A DNA stretch of 63,995 bases, filler included, from Gonapodya sp. JEL0774 (Eukaryota): assembly GCA_027604505.1 (NCBI GenBank). It is 7 parts of 7 records of this genome, joined end to end, with 100 filler letters (N's around TTAATTAATTAA, not from the genome) between each part and the next. Parts side by side here need not be neighbours in the genome. Positions count along the whole stretch, not along the records: positions 46,259 to 55,279 come from JADIIX010000425.1; positions 55,380 to 63,995 come from JADIIX010000444.1; 5 more parts are not named here. One strand, 5' to 3'. Within the stretch, counting starts at the first letter, position 1. Each line of letters starts with the position of its first letter. Positions 52,843 to 63,033 of this stretch are shown piece by piece. The notes beneath the pieces were generated by a model, which made no database searches, had not been told where the DNA came from, and was given only the letters and a program-made list of their open reading frames with translations. Both the position numbers and the translations under genes were made by a program.

Positions 52843-53287
52843 TAAAAGTCGTCCACCGGACGACTTGATGCTTCACAGAGAGTTCCGCAGTTATGGTAGA
52901 AAGTTGTCCAGCAGACGACTTGGCACTTCCCTGAGAGTATCAGAAAACACGCGAGAAAATTGTCCGGTGGACGACTTGGCGCTTGACTGAGAGTATTATC
53001 AGTGATTGTAGAAAATTGTTTGGCAGACGACTTGATACTTGACATACAGTTCCGCACCGACAGTAGAAAATCGTCCGGCGGATGACTTGGCGCTTGACAT
53101 ACAGTTCCGTTGTGACAAGAGAAAATCGTCCAGCAGACGACTTGATTCTTGACGGAGACAAAGAGAAGCAGCAAGAGAAAATTGTCTGGCAGACGACTTG
53201 ATGCTTGACGCAACGACGATAGAAAATCGTCCAGCAGACGACTTGATGCATGACTGAGAGAGTCTGAGAGCGTAGGGCAGACGACTT
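52843..53287. repeat. Repeat-spacer array: 8 copies of a ~34-bp repeat (AGAAAATCGTCCRGCRGACGACTTGRYRCTTGAC) with 21-22-nt variable spacers (one of 11 nt)
   Basis: Repeat starts at about 52843, 52898, 52954, 53010, 53065, 53120, 53176 and 53221; half copy near 53276. Confidence 0.9.
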
Positions 53288-53550
53288 CTACTGTGCATGA
53301 GGCGTTTCCCTGTTCCCATCGTCCTGGCCTGACAGCCCTGCCTGATATCCTCATCAGTGCTCACCTTATCTTCGCAATCCCTGTCCCTTGTTATGTTTAT
53401 CGAGTTCTTTTCTCTTAAGACAATTGTCCAAAGTAGGCACTTTCAGTGTGGCCCTGTTGTGTAGGGTGTCATTTAGGATGCCATTTTTGTTTTCACCATT
53501 CGGTGGCTTTGGTGAATCTTGCAGCAGGGTTCAATCACCTCAACAACAAA

Positions 53551-55279
53551 ATGGGAGATCCCATCACTCTTGTGAACGAATTTCAACCAAACAAGACTCA
53601 CTTCTTCCACAAAACATCTTTCATCGTCCCTGATTTGCAGGAGCTGTTTAGACTTCAGGGAAACCTGTTGGACATCTACCTCTTACCAAAATCAGCACCC
53701 AATCAAACCATTTTGACGAGGAATGGTCGATTTGAACTCATCGCAGACAAAGAATACATTGTTGGTGGAGATCCAACGGAATCTTTGTTTAAGAACATAC
53801 TTGAAACAGTCACCTCGAACCTCATCGTGGTATTTCCCCCATCCGAGGATGTCACGCGTACTACGCCTGTCGCCAGCAACAAAAATGCTGAACACGTGTA
53901 AGACAATGAGACGGAAGATGCAATCGATGACTATCTTAATAAACATTCCGAGATTGAACTCTATCTATTGAATAACTGTATCCCCAAAGCACTACCGGTT
54001 TATTGCAAAGGGAATGTGAACAAATCACATCGAAAGGATTGGAAAAGAATGGTGAGTGATTCTTTGAAGCCGCGGTGTGTTTATCCCTAAAAGAGTCTGC
54101 ATTGCAGGTGAGGTCTTACTCAATCATAAACGACCGGCTGCATTGTCCGTAAGGACGGAACACCAATGCTTCTCTTTACATCAGCGGACAAAATCAACAG
54201 TGCAATTCATCATGTACACACGTCATCTGCGGTTGGTGGTCACTCTTCTTTGTGGCGCTTGTGGAGGAAACTCGTGATGAACTATTATGCCCGCGGACTC
54301 TTCTGGATCCTCGAAAAGACAATACTGACATGTGCGGTATGTATCCTGCAACAACCGCTACCATCTAGGGCGCCTTTGGTACCCATCATCACCTCCCAAC
54401 CAAATGAGTTGGTGAGTGACAACCCAGTAGCAGATGAGTTCTGCTGTGTTGTAATTCATTTTCATACCTTGCTTCAAGTGGGTGATAGACTACACAAAAT
54501 TTGGGCGCTTTTGGATTCTACATGGAGTTGACCACCTATCTAAAAAGGGATTCGCTAATGCTTTCCTCACAAAGGTACGTTTATTCTGCCATAAGAACTT
54601 TCAAATGGAGAAAGTTCTAACCTGATATGAAGCAATCAAAGAACGTAGTTGACTCAATCATGGAGTGGAGCAAGGAAGGCTGTATGCCCGATTCAACACT
54701 CTCTGATAACGGTGGCGAACTTGTTTCGAAGGCGTTCGAGAAACTCCACCAGCTCCATGGTATCAAGATCCGGCATGGCAGCCCCTACAAGCCTTCGACA
54801 CAAGGTGCCATCGAGAATCGCAATCGCTTTTTCAAGAGTCGTATTCGCAAAGTGTTGAAGGAGCTCAACATTCAAGAATCTACTTTGAGCCTTGAGCGTC
54901 TTCAAGACATCTTGCCAACTGTCAACAACACAATTGATCACGAGGTACATGGAACAACTAGTGCCGTGCCATATGAATTATTTTATGCAAAGACAGATCG
55001 GAACTTTTATGCTGTTCCAGGACAGGGTTAGTGTTCTCAGCATCCAAAAGTGAATGTAATCTCACATAACAAAATGGATATTGTCAGATCCACCTCCCGA
55101 TGTAGCGTACGACCCTGCCACCCATTCGAAAATGATGCTCAATGCTAAAAAGCACATGCAAAAAGTCGCCACTCGAGATCTTGCAAGGTAAGCACGCAAA
55201 ATTTAATTGCACTCTGTTGATCTAAATCTTCAAACCCCTTGCAACCAGGTCATTGGCAAATTTATCGCTATCTCCACCT
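53551..55279 (+). mobile_element. Intron-containing retroviral-type (Ginger/GIN/Gypsy-like) DDE integrase, decayed (stop at 53899-53901, frameshift near 54150), truncated by scaffold end
   Basis: HHCC: HHVHT..GGHSS..NYYARGL..TCAVC; PLVPIITSQPNEL; IDYT..VDHLSK; LSDNGGEL; HGSPYKPSTQGAIENRNR; HGTTSAVPYELFY; GT-AG introns at about 54052, 54412, 54574 and 55027. Confidence 0.88.
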
Positions 55280-55379
55280 NNNNNNNNNNNNNNNNNNNNN
55301 NNNNNNNNNNNNNNNNNNNNNNNTTAATTAATTAANNNNNNNNNNNNNNNNNNNNNNNNNNNNNNNNNNNNNNNNNNNN
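55280..55379. other. Artificial scaffold linker
   Basis: N-TTAATTAATTAA-N. Confidence 0.97.
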
Positions 55380-55505
55380 TCTAAGTATGAGGATGGGTTG
55401 GACCTGCGACCCCCGTTTGGAGATGTAAACATAAACATCACTTCGAATACCACAACGAGTACTAGAATAGAGCAATATAAATCATTCAGGTATTACATGT
55501 CGGAA

Positions 55506-57356
55506 TCAACTAATCGGCGCTGTCACGGCGTCCCACCATCTCGCATCCACCATGTTCCCGAACCTCTGCCTCCACTTCTCCCCCATCGAGAGAGGACCTT
55601 GCTGGTCCTCACTAAGTGCTCGTGCGAGCCATTCGCGGTCTCTATGAATTTCTCGAATCCAAGGATCCGTAGGTGATCTCAGTGTCGAACGGGAATTTGA
55701 GCGACGCGGGAGAGATGTTCGTGGGGCAGGGGAAAAGCGAAGAGGTGGAGGTGGTAGCTGCGAGAGAGGTTGTCGCACGAGTGGCACTGTCAGGGGACGT
55801 GGGGTTCCTGGACGTCCTTCTTGCTGGGGTTCTTGAGCAGATAATTTGGAAATGCGCGACGACGAGCGCGAACGAGAAGATACTGCCGAGATTTCTGCGC
55901 CTAGCATGTCTTGCGGCTCCACGTCATTCTCGTCCCGTCGACTCTCGAGTTCTGCGTCTCCGACGGTCCACCTTGCCACTCCACTCCCGAACCCAATATC
56001 CACGACTGACCTCGCCGCCTCCCTCAACTCACTGTCGTGTTCTCGTTCCTCCACGTGCCGCATCCATGCCGCTGTGGGGAGAGCAAAGTGGGGTGGTCGG
56101 CCAGAAATCCACCCCGACTGACCAGATGCGACTGAATGCGGAATAGGGATGGCTGGCAGAAGGGAGGGAAGTGGAGATATCGGAGATTGGTAGGGCCAGA
56201 ATGACGAAGCTTCCGGAAGGGAGTTGGTGTCATTGTAGCGCCGCGGTCGTGACTGGGTGTCCCGATCCCCGAAGAACTCTGGCGATAAGTCACCATCGGC
56301 CAAGCCATCCTCATCAGAACACTCAACGGTCACGGGTGGAGGAAGGAGAGTGTAAACCGGAGTGTAACTGCTTACTGGGATTTCGTACTGTCTCTCTTCC
56401 TCCACGAAGTCGTGTCGTGGTATCTTTCTGCAACATGATCTGGACGCATTTGTGATAGAGTTCACATGTGCAGATAAAGGAGGCGCAGGGCCGGTCGCTA
56501 TCGAGCGACTGAGTTGAATCAGGCGCTGAATTGCTTCAAGACGAGACCTGTACCGATCGGACGGTATCGGTCGAGCTGTGACGGTGGGCATAGTGTATGA
56601 CGGTGGGTTGGGATCGATAGCGCAGGAGACGTTGTAGCCATAGTATGGAAAGTGTCCGCATGCGTTCTTTGGTGCTTGGGGAGATGGCGAGCGACTTGAT
56701 TGGGAATGGTCACAATTGGACGTTCCTCGACCGGTAACGGAGCCCGATCGCTGCGATCGATCCCGCCGCAATTCATTTGAATCATGCAATTGGATCTCAG
56801 ATGGATCTTCAGCGTCCGTCTGGCTGCCCTCGCTGATCCTTGAGCTGGCCCTTGTGCGGGTACGATCGGTACTTCCCCACACCACTGACTTGCCGTCCCT
56901 TGCCTTCACGTGGCCCTTCCAATGAGCCCACTGCTCTTCAACCAAATGCTTCTCCCACGCTTGCATTGGGCCCGTGAATCGTGTTCGATCGTGGCAGTGG
57001 CCGTCGCCTGTGGAGTGCGAGGTTGACGTCCGCACTTTGAACGGAGGAGGGTGTTGAGTAGATTGCGATCGGTAAGCACGAGAGTGAATGTGGGAAGTTG
57101 GAGAGGAGATATGGGAAGGCATGACTGCGATTGGGCGACAGGTTTGGAAGACAAGGTGAAAGTGAAGATCGCACGTGGTTTGTGCCATCCCGCTTGGCAA
57201 ATCTTCACCGTTTGTACCGATTGGTATCCAGGGAACCGTAGTTCTCGACAATCGTATATGAAATTGCAAGCCGGGCATCTGCGACATTTGACGCTTGACG
57301 ACTAAATTACATGACAGTCTATACAGAATGGATACGTAAAGCACAAACCACCCCAC
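55506..57356 (-). CDS. Hypothetical Ser/Arg/Pro-rich, largely disordered protein (true start likely downstream, about 57122 or 56966)
   Basis: 616-codon ORF; no recognisable domain. Confidence 0.55.
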   Translation of the reverse strand: MGWFVLYVSILYRLSCNLVVKRQMSQMPGLQFHIRLSRTTVPWIPIGTNGEDLPSGMAQTTCDLHFHLVFQTCRPIAVMPSHISSPTSHIHSRAYRSQSTQHPPPFKVRTSTSHSTGDGHCHDRTRFTGPMQAWEKHLVEEQWAHWKGHVKARDGKSVVWGSTDRTRTRASSRISEGSQTDAEDPSEIQLHDSNELRRDRSQRSGSVTGRGTSNCDHSQSSRSPSPQAPKNACGHFPYYGYNVSCAIDPNPPSYTMPTVTARPIPSDRYRSRLEAIQRLIQLSRSIATGPAPPLSAHVNSITNASRSCCRKIPRHDFVEEERQYEIPVSSYTPVYTLLPPPVTVECSDEDGLADGDLSPEFFGDRDTQSRPRRYNDTNSLPEASSFWPYQSPISPLPSLLPAIPIPHSVASGQSGWISGRPPHFALPTAAWMRHVEEREHDSELREAARSVVDIGFGSGVARWTVGDAELESRRDENDVEPQDMLGAEISAVSSRSRSSSRISKLSAQEPQQEGRPGTPRPLTVPLVRQPLSQLPPPPLRFSPAPRTSLPRRSNSRSTLRSPTDPWIREIHRDREWLARALSEDQQGPLSMGEKWRQRFGNMVDARWWDAVTAPIS

Positions 57357-57481
57357 GTCCCCTCTATCACGAAAAGCGAGTTAGAGTGGTCATATCCGCA
57401 TTAACCTCAACAGGAGACATTCTGAACCTGGGGATGAACCTCGAATAGATGTCTCACAATACCAACCACCTATCCTAAATG

Positions 57482-58849
57482 TCATCCACAATTGACGCGA
57501 GCGACGTTATGAACGCCGTCTACAATTTTCGAGGGTCGAGCGCAATCCCAGTCTCTCAAACTTCTCGGCCAACTTTCCTTGTGGGACTCCGCGAGGAGCG
57601 CCGGGCGCAATTGTTTACTGTAGCTGACGATTCTGAGTTCAACAACACAGGTTGGCCGCACGACACTCAGTAACGTGCCAAGAAACATTCCAAATCGCAT
57701 CACTCCGTCACTGACGCCGTACTCGTCGAATGTTGCGGTGACCACGAGATGATCCAGTGCTGGAAAGAGCACCACGAGCTGGCGAATCACGTGTAAAGTA
57801 TCCTTTGGTGTTGTGGCGCTTGGTATGCTGCCGTTCCAAATTTCTACGAATAGTTTTCTGACGGTTTTCAAAGCTGGAGTCGATGAGCGCCATGTACTAG
57901 GGTCCTCTGAGGCGCACACCAAGGCAAATACGCCCAAGTCCAGAGTACCAAACTCTCGCAAACCCGCAAAGATAGGTTTGGGAAGGAGAAGAGAAGGTTG
58001 CTCGTTCTCTACCGGCGTGACTACTTGAGAGGGGACAATGAGGGTACCGACGCTGTTTCTCTGCAGCCGATCAAAAGAGTCCTCCACAGGTCCTCCATCG
58101 AATCCGAATACGGTCTCGCAAATCGCTGGATAGAGTCCTTCTCCTTCCAATGTTACCACGGATGGGAATCTTTTGAGCACTGTATGGAGCATCGTGTTCG
58201 GGGACACGGACCCATGGATCATGACCCTCTCGGGTGCGCTCACGCAGACAACAGAATCCATCGTTACATCTGAGGGAAGACTACAGAAAAGTTCCCAGTC
58301 GGCAGTGTTGTGACCGATTCGAAATTGGGGGACCTTGTGTGTTCGAACGAAGTCCACGGTGTTGAGAAAGGAGGTGAAATCGTCTTCTGATGTACCGCAG
58401 TGAGATGGAGAGACCTTGCTGATGATGATTGATTGCGATAAACGTGATTTGAGAGGCATAGTTCGAGTGCGATGACTGAAGGAGTCAAAGACAGCTTTGT
58501 GGAGGTGTTGCTGCAATCCCTCACTGATGATGGAGGAAGCTGAGAGCTGCAGACACACCACTGCTGAAAGTGAAGACCACATCAACAGACCAGATGGGCG
58601 ACGCGTCATCCGAAACTCCCTCTCGAGACTGATTTCGACAGAGTACGGTCGATCATCATCCGCAGCGCAACCCCGCACGTCCAACTCCACTTGACATGTC
58701 ATCCCGACCGCATTTCCTGGACAACCCGTGATCGCTCCGAAGCATGTGTTGTTCAGCGTCTTGGAAAGGCGAGGGATCTTGGAATAGAATGTTTTCGGGG
58801 AAAGGAGGCGGAGGATGCGATGGAGGATCTCGATGGGGAGTGTTTCCAT
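57482..58849 (-). CDS. F-box protein (N-terminal F-box, possible degenerate LRR C-terminus)
   Basis: METLPIEILHRILRLLSPKTFYSKIPRLSKTL F-box signature; later FPSVVTLE and FPALDHLVV LRR-like motifs; intronless 455 aa. Confidence 0.8.
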   Translation of the reverse strand: METLPIEILHRILRLLSPKTFYSKIPRLSKTLNNTCFGAITGCPGNAVGMTCQVELDVRGCAADDDRPYSVEISLEREFRMTRRPSGLLMWSSLSAVVCLQLSASSIISEGLQQHLHKAVFDSFSHRTRTMPLKSRLSQSIIISKVSPSHCGTSEDDFTSFLNTVDFVRTHKVPQFRIGHNTADWELFCSLPSDVTMDSVVCVSAPERVMIHGSVSPNTMLHTVLKRFPSVVTLEGEGLYPAICETVFGFDGGPVEDSFDRLQRNSVGTLIVPSQVVTPVENEQPSLLLPKPIFAGLREFGTLDLGVFALVCASEDPSTWRSSTPALKTVRKLFVEIWNGSIPSATTPKDTLHVIRQLVVLFPALDHLVVTATFDEYGVSDGVMRFGMFLGTLLSVVRPTCVVELRIVSYSKQLRPALLAESHKESWPRSLRDWDCARPSKIVDGVHNVARVNCG

Positions 58850-59434
58850 CTCAAGGTGAACCGCGAACGGGAAATTTGCGACGACTGAGTGGGGAATACG
58901 GGCTCTTTGAGTTCAGAATGAGAACTGGTCGCGTGTTAACCCACAATACAGACAGAATCGATTGATGGTGTGCCAGCGATAATATGTTGGTGCAGATGAG
59001 TGTGAGGGTCATGATGATATATTTGAACACCACCAGCTCGCCCACAAGTGACAGTTCCCCAGATTGAAGACAATAACACCACACCATGTAAGCCAGCAAT
59101 CTATCAGCATCCAGGTCTGACATTCCTGCAACGCGAACAATGAGTGCCGTGTACATACAAAAATAACCAAGTTCAGTTGTTCCCGTTCCCGTTCCCGGTA
59201 ATTAGAAGGTAATCTCGCAATTACCATCCGGCTTCCCCTCATCATTCCATCCTTTGGACACTTCGCAGGATTTACATAAGTGGGGTTCGGTACTTCAGGC
59301 TATATATGTACCACTGTATTATGTAGTGATCATCACCACAACTCACCAACATTTGAACAGCGTGCTCGACCCATCAAATCCAGCGATCCGCGCGATTCTT
59401 AGCAGTGCAAGATTCAAGATTTGAGATTCGAGCG

Positions 59435-61879
59435 ATGATGGAATCTCCAGTCTTGAATTACGGTCAGCAGTATCCGGGGACAGCACATTCATCGTTCCCG
59501 TTCCCGTTCGCGCCGGCTGCTCTGACCCGCGCACCCTCGCTGTCTCTGGCAGCAGACTCGAGTCTTTCGCCTGTGTCTGCGCCGTCTCCTGCACTCGGAC
59601 ACATCGCTCATCCCCCGGCAGCAGCCCAAGACGATCAAACTTTCTTCTCCCTCGCTTCGTCCTTTCTGGATCTCGACGCTCTCGACGGATTCGAACTCGA
59701 CGCGACGCACTCGCCAGACGAGGAGGATGAGAAGGACGCATCGGGTTCTCTTGGTGTCGCTGGATCGCATCTCTCGGTCCCAGGAACTTCGTCTGCCCCA
59801 ACGAACCACACGAACGCGTCTGAATCGATCGTCAGCGCAAATCAATTAATTAACAACTGCGGCATCAGCAATGGCGGAAATTACGTCATGATGATGTCCG
59901 ACATGGCCGGCGTTCCAAACGACGTGTCCCAGCTCTACTCATGCGCTTCGTCCATGCAACACCACCAACTCTACCAACATCACCACCAGTACCAGCAGTA
60001 CCAACAACCCTATCAACACCAGCACCAGCCCGCCCACTACACCCAAAACCAACCCGCACAACCTCAGTGCACGTCGGCAACCTTGAACCTCGTCCACTTC
60101 TCCCCGCACTGCGTCCCCGCATTCTCCAACCCGCATCAGCACCAACTCGTGTCCGTCCCGAGCTACGCACACTTTGTCGCAGCTCCGCCCCTCCCAATCG
60201 ACCTGTCCAACGGCCTGGCATCAAACACGACGGTGTGGACCGCGGGACCGCACCTTGCACAGGGCAGCACCAACCCCCCGCCGAGAGCACCGACACCCGC
60301 TCCACCAAGTGCACCACCACCACCATCACAACCATCCCACCCTCCTCCCGTCTCAACTTACTCCCACACCTCCCTCGAGGCGTTCTTCCAACCCGTCATC
60401 GAACCCACTCCCGCTCCCGCTCCCCCATCTCCACCGAGCATCCTCCCGTCCAACCCGCACCTCCCGCACACAATCACAAACCCGAATGTACCCCCGCCTC
60501 CACACGTCCTTGCCCCGACACTCCTCTCGACAGCACTCGCGGAATGGCGTGCGGCGAGGGCTCATTTTGCGAGGTCGGCCGCACACTACGCCAGGGGCGG
60601 GGACGGGGGCCCGAGGGACGGTAGCGGTGGCAGTGACGGTGGCGTGAGTAGCGGTGGCGATGGGGGTGGTGGTAGCAGCAGCGGCGGCTGCGGTGCCCTC
60701 CACCTCCCTCCCCGCACGCCGCGCTCCCTCGGCGCGCCCGCCATTCGGGTGCTGGCCGCCCTCGCCCTCGATGGGGATACCGACGTTGCCGCCGAGGCTG
60801 GGGCTGCGTTGCGGGCGGACGCGGAGACGTGGTGGGAGCGGAAGGAGAGGGCGAGGATGGCCAGGGTGGCGGGGGAGAGGGCCGGGAGGCGCGGGGAGGG
60901 GGGTGAGGTCGGCGGTGTCGGTGGTTATGGGGGGTTAGGATGGTGGGGGTGGGACGAGGAGGACGGAATTGAGATGGCGACGCAGTGCATGCCGTGGAGT
61001 ACGAACGGCAACTGCAAACACTTGTCCGGCCACGGCACGCCCCCCGGTTTCGATCCCATCCTCCCATCCCACCTTCTCTCCGCACACCCGCCATCTACCC
61101 TCCTCCTTCCAACGACCCCGCTCCACACCATCCTCGTCGCCCACCTCGCCGCCCACCTCTCCCTCCCCGCCGCCCCGTCGCCCTCTCCGCTCCACCTCTC
61201 CGCATCCATCCTCCTCGCCCGGCTCCGCCACTTGGCCCACCCGGCGCTCGTGAACTATGCGAGGGGGTTTGCGGCCCAGTGGGGGATCGATGTGGGGGGA
61301 GAGGTGGGACACGCTGTGGGGGGCGGTGGCGGTGGAGGGGGCGGCGGGGGCGGAGGGGCACCTGGAACGGGCGGTGAGACGAGGGAGTGGGACGAGGCTG
61401 TGGGAGTGTTTGGAGCGGGGCAGGGTGGATCAGGTACCGGTAGCCACCCCTCACTGTCACTGTCCGCCCCACCTTCCTGGCCGCCGTCGAGCCCAACCCG
61501 CGCCCCACCCGCTCCACCTTCTGATCCCCCCTTCTACCGCCCCACATACCCCTGGCACGCCCCACTCGACCCGACCCACGTGGCCCACCGCATCTCGTTC
61601 CTCACCTCGGTCTCTCCCACGTCCCCCCCGCACCCTCCGCTCCCCCTCCACCTCCTCCACCCCGCCCCCACGGAACCCCCTTGCGTCCCCGCACCGAGCT
61701 CGGCGATCCTGTACGCACCGTTTGACGACGTGGTGTCGGGCCGAGCAGGCGTGTGGCACGGGTACGCCGTGGATGTGCGGGGGCAGGAGCCGGGCGTGGT
61801 GTGTGGGGATTGTGGGATGGTGGAGGGGGAGCTAGATCTAGGAGGTGGAGGGGGGTGGGTGGTGTGGGGGGGGAAGTAG
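59435..61879 (+). CDS. Hypothetical protein with Gln/His-, Pro- and Gly-rich low-complexity tracts
   Basis: 824-codon ORF, first ATGs at about 59435 (MMESPV). Confidence 0.6.
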   Translation: MMESPVLNYGQQYPGTAHSSFPFPFAPAALTRAPSLSLAADSSLSPVSAPSPALGHIAHPPAAAQDDQTFFSLASSFLDLDALDGFELDATHSPDEEDEKDASGSLGVAGSHLSVPGTSSAPTNHTNASESIVSANQLINNCGISNGGNYVMMMSDMAGVPNDVSQLYSCASSMQHHQLYQHHHQYQQYQQPYQHQHQPAHYTQNQPAQPQCTSATLNLVHFSPHCVPAFSNPHQHQLVSVPSYAHFVAAPPLPIDLSNGLASNTTVWTAGPHLAQGSTNPPPRAPTPAPPSAPPPPSQPSHPPPVSTYSHTSLEAFFQPVIEPTPAPAPPSPPSILPSNPHLPHTITNPNVPPPPHVLAPTLLSTALAEWRAARAHFARSAAHYARGGDGGPRDGSGGSDGGVSSGGDGGGGSSSGGCGALHLPPRTPRSLGAPAIRVLAALALDGDTDVAAEAGAALRADAETWWERKERARMARVAGERAGRRGEGGEVGGVGGYGGLGWWGWDEEDGIEMATQCMPWSTNGNCKHLSGHGTPPGFDPILPSHLLSAHPPSTLLLPTTPLHTILVAHLAAHLSLPAAPSPSPLHLSASILLARLRHLAHPALVNYARGFAAQWGIDVGGEVGHAVGGGGGGGGGGGGGAPGTGGETREWDEAVGVFGAGQGGSGTGSHPSLSLSAPPSWPPSSPTRAPPAPPSDPPFYRPTYPWHAPLDPTHVAHRISFLTSVSPTSPPHPPLPLHLLHPAPTEPPCVPAPSSAILYAPFDDVVSGRAGVWHGYAVDVRGQEPGVVCGDCGMVEGELDLGGGGGWVVWGGK

Positions 61880-62231
61880 TGAGTTTGTGCGGGGGCTAGG
61901 GGATCAGGGGAAGTGGTAAACCGTCACTCATCCCATCCGCACACATCCCGCGCTCTTGCGTTTGTCTGCCAAGCCTGTGCCCTTCCTGCCCCCTCCTCCG
62001 ATCACGCCCGCCCACTGCATGTCCGTCGCCCGCCGTGCCCGTGCGGTGTGGTGTCCCGGCGGGCACGGGACGGCCGGGCGAGGCGGACGGACAAGAGTCG
62101 GTAACGAAAATGCATCAGCGAGGACAAGCGAACCCGCATGTGCGATTCTCAGCCCACGCTGTGTGTCCCGTCGTCCACCACACTTCGACCGTGGCTTCCA
62201 CTCCACTGCCTTCGACACCACTCACCACGAC

Positions 62232-63033
62232 GATGTCCCAGGCACAAACGGACCTTCGCCCCAAACCCGTCATCCGCATTCCCATGCGGGCTCTCTCATC
62301 CCACCGACTGAAACGCTCGCTGTCCTTGCTGGCCGGGTCGGAACCGGCAGCCGCCGCCGCTGGAGCTGCACCGTCCCAGTCTCCATCCCCGTCCCCGTCG
62401 CCGACCATCGAGGTGGTGAGTCCCCGGTGCGGCGATGCCAGGCCAAAGGTGACGAAGCGGAGTGCCAGCGAGGCGGGGATGGGGGACGGCGACGGGGACG
62501 TCGAGAACGGGTACAATGCCGGGGTGGCGGCTGCGGTATCTGCATCGAAAGGGAACGAAAATTCAAAGTCGAGTTACTCGAACGAAGACGGCGCTAACGT
62601 AGCCGTGGCAGTGCAGCGGGGACGGGGAAAGAAACCGCGGGTCCAGGATGACCTCGACTGCGACCTCGGTGAGGACACCAGGCACTCTACTCCCTCAGCT
62701 CACGGAGGTGGGAGTGGAAGGGGGAGTGCGATGATGGGAGAGGATTCGCAGAGGACGCTGGTCGCGGAGAGTGGATCAGTGGAGTACGGAACCTGTGTGG
62801 CGCTGTCGAGTGTCAGTGTGGAGCGCAAGGTACTGGTGGTCGGTGACACCGTGATGGGCGAACTGGGGCAGATCAAGATGGAGGTGGAGGGGGAAATGGG
62901 GATCTGTGCTGTGGGATTGTACGGTTCAGGAGGGGGAGGGAAAGGGAAGGTGATCAGTAACGAAGCAACGGGGGAGACCTGGAAAGTGCGCAAGGTGGGG
63001 AAGGGCACTCGGGTGAAGAGGGCGGCGCAGTGA
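62232..63033 (+). CDS. Hypothetical protein
   Basis: ORF 62035-63033; plausible ATG (MSQAQTDL) at about 62232; basic C-terminus. Confidence 0.5.

Noticed and set aside
52843..53287. Bona fide CRISPR array
   Set aside because: Eukaryotic context, no cas genes, repeats vary, and spacers are short and partly homologous to each other. Kept as a repeat-spacer array finding instead.
52262..53364. ORFs of 62-187 aa on both strands over the array
   Set aside because: By-products of repeat periodicity (144 is divisible by 3); several frames are open and nothing supports a real protein.
27842..55279. gag (scaffold 4) and integrase (scaffold 6) as parts of one retrotransposon
   Set aside because: Different scaffolds; the integrase has introns, its own start and no pol context.
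9209..55379. Regularly spaced (~9.1-9.3 kb) TTAATTAATTAA palindromes flanked by N runs
   Set aside because: Artificial contig-joining linkers; segment lengths fall monotonically, showing size-sorted scaffolds, so this is not biology.
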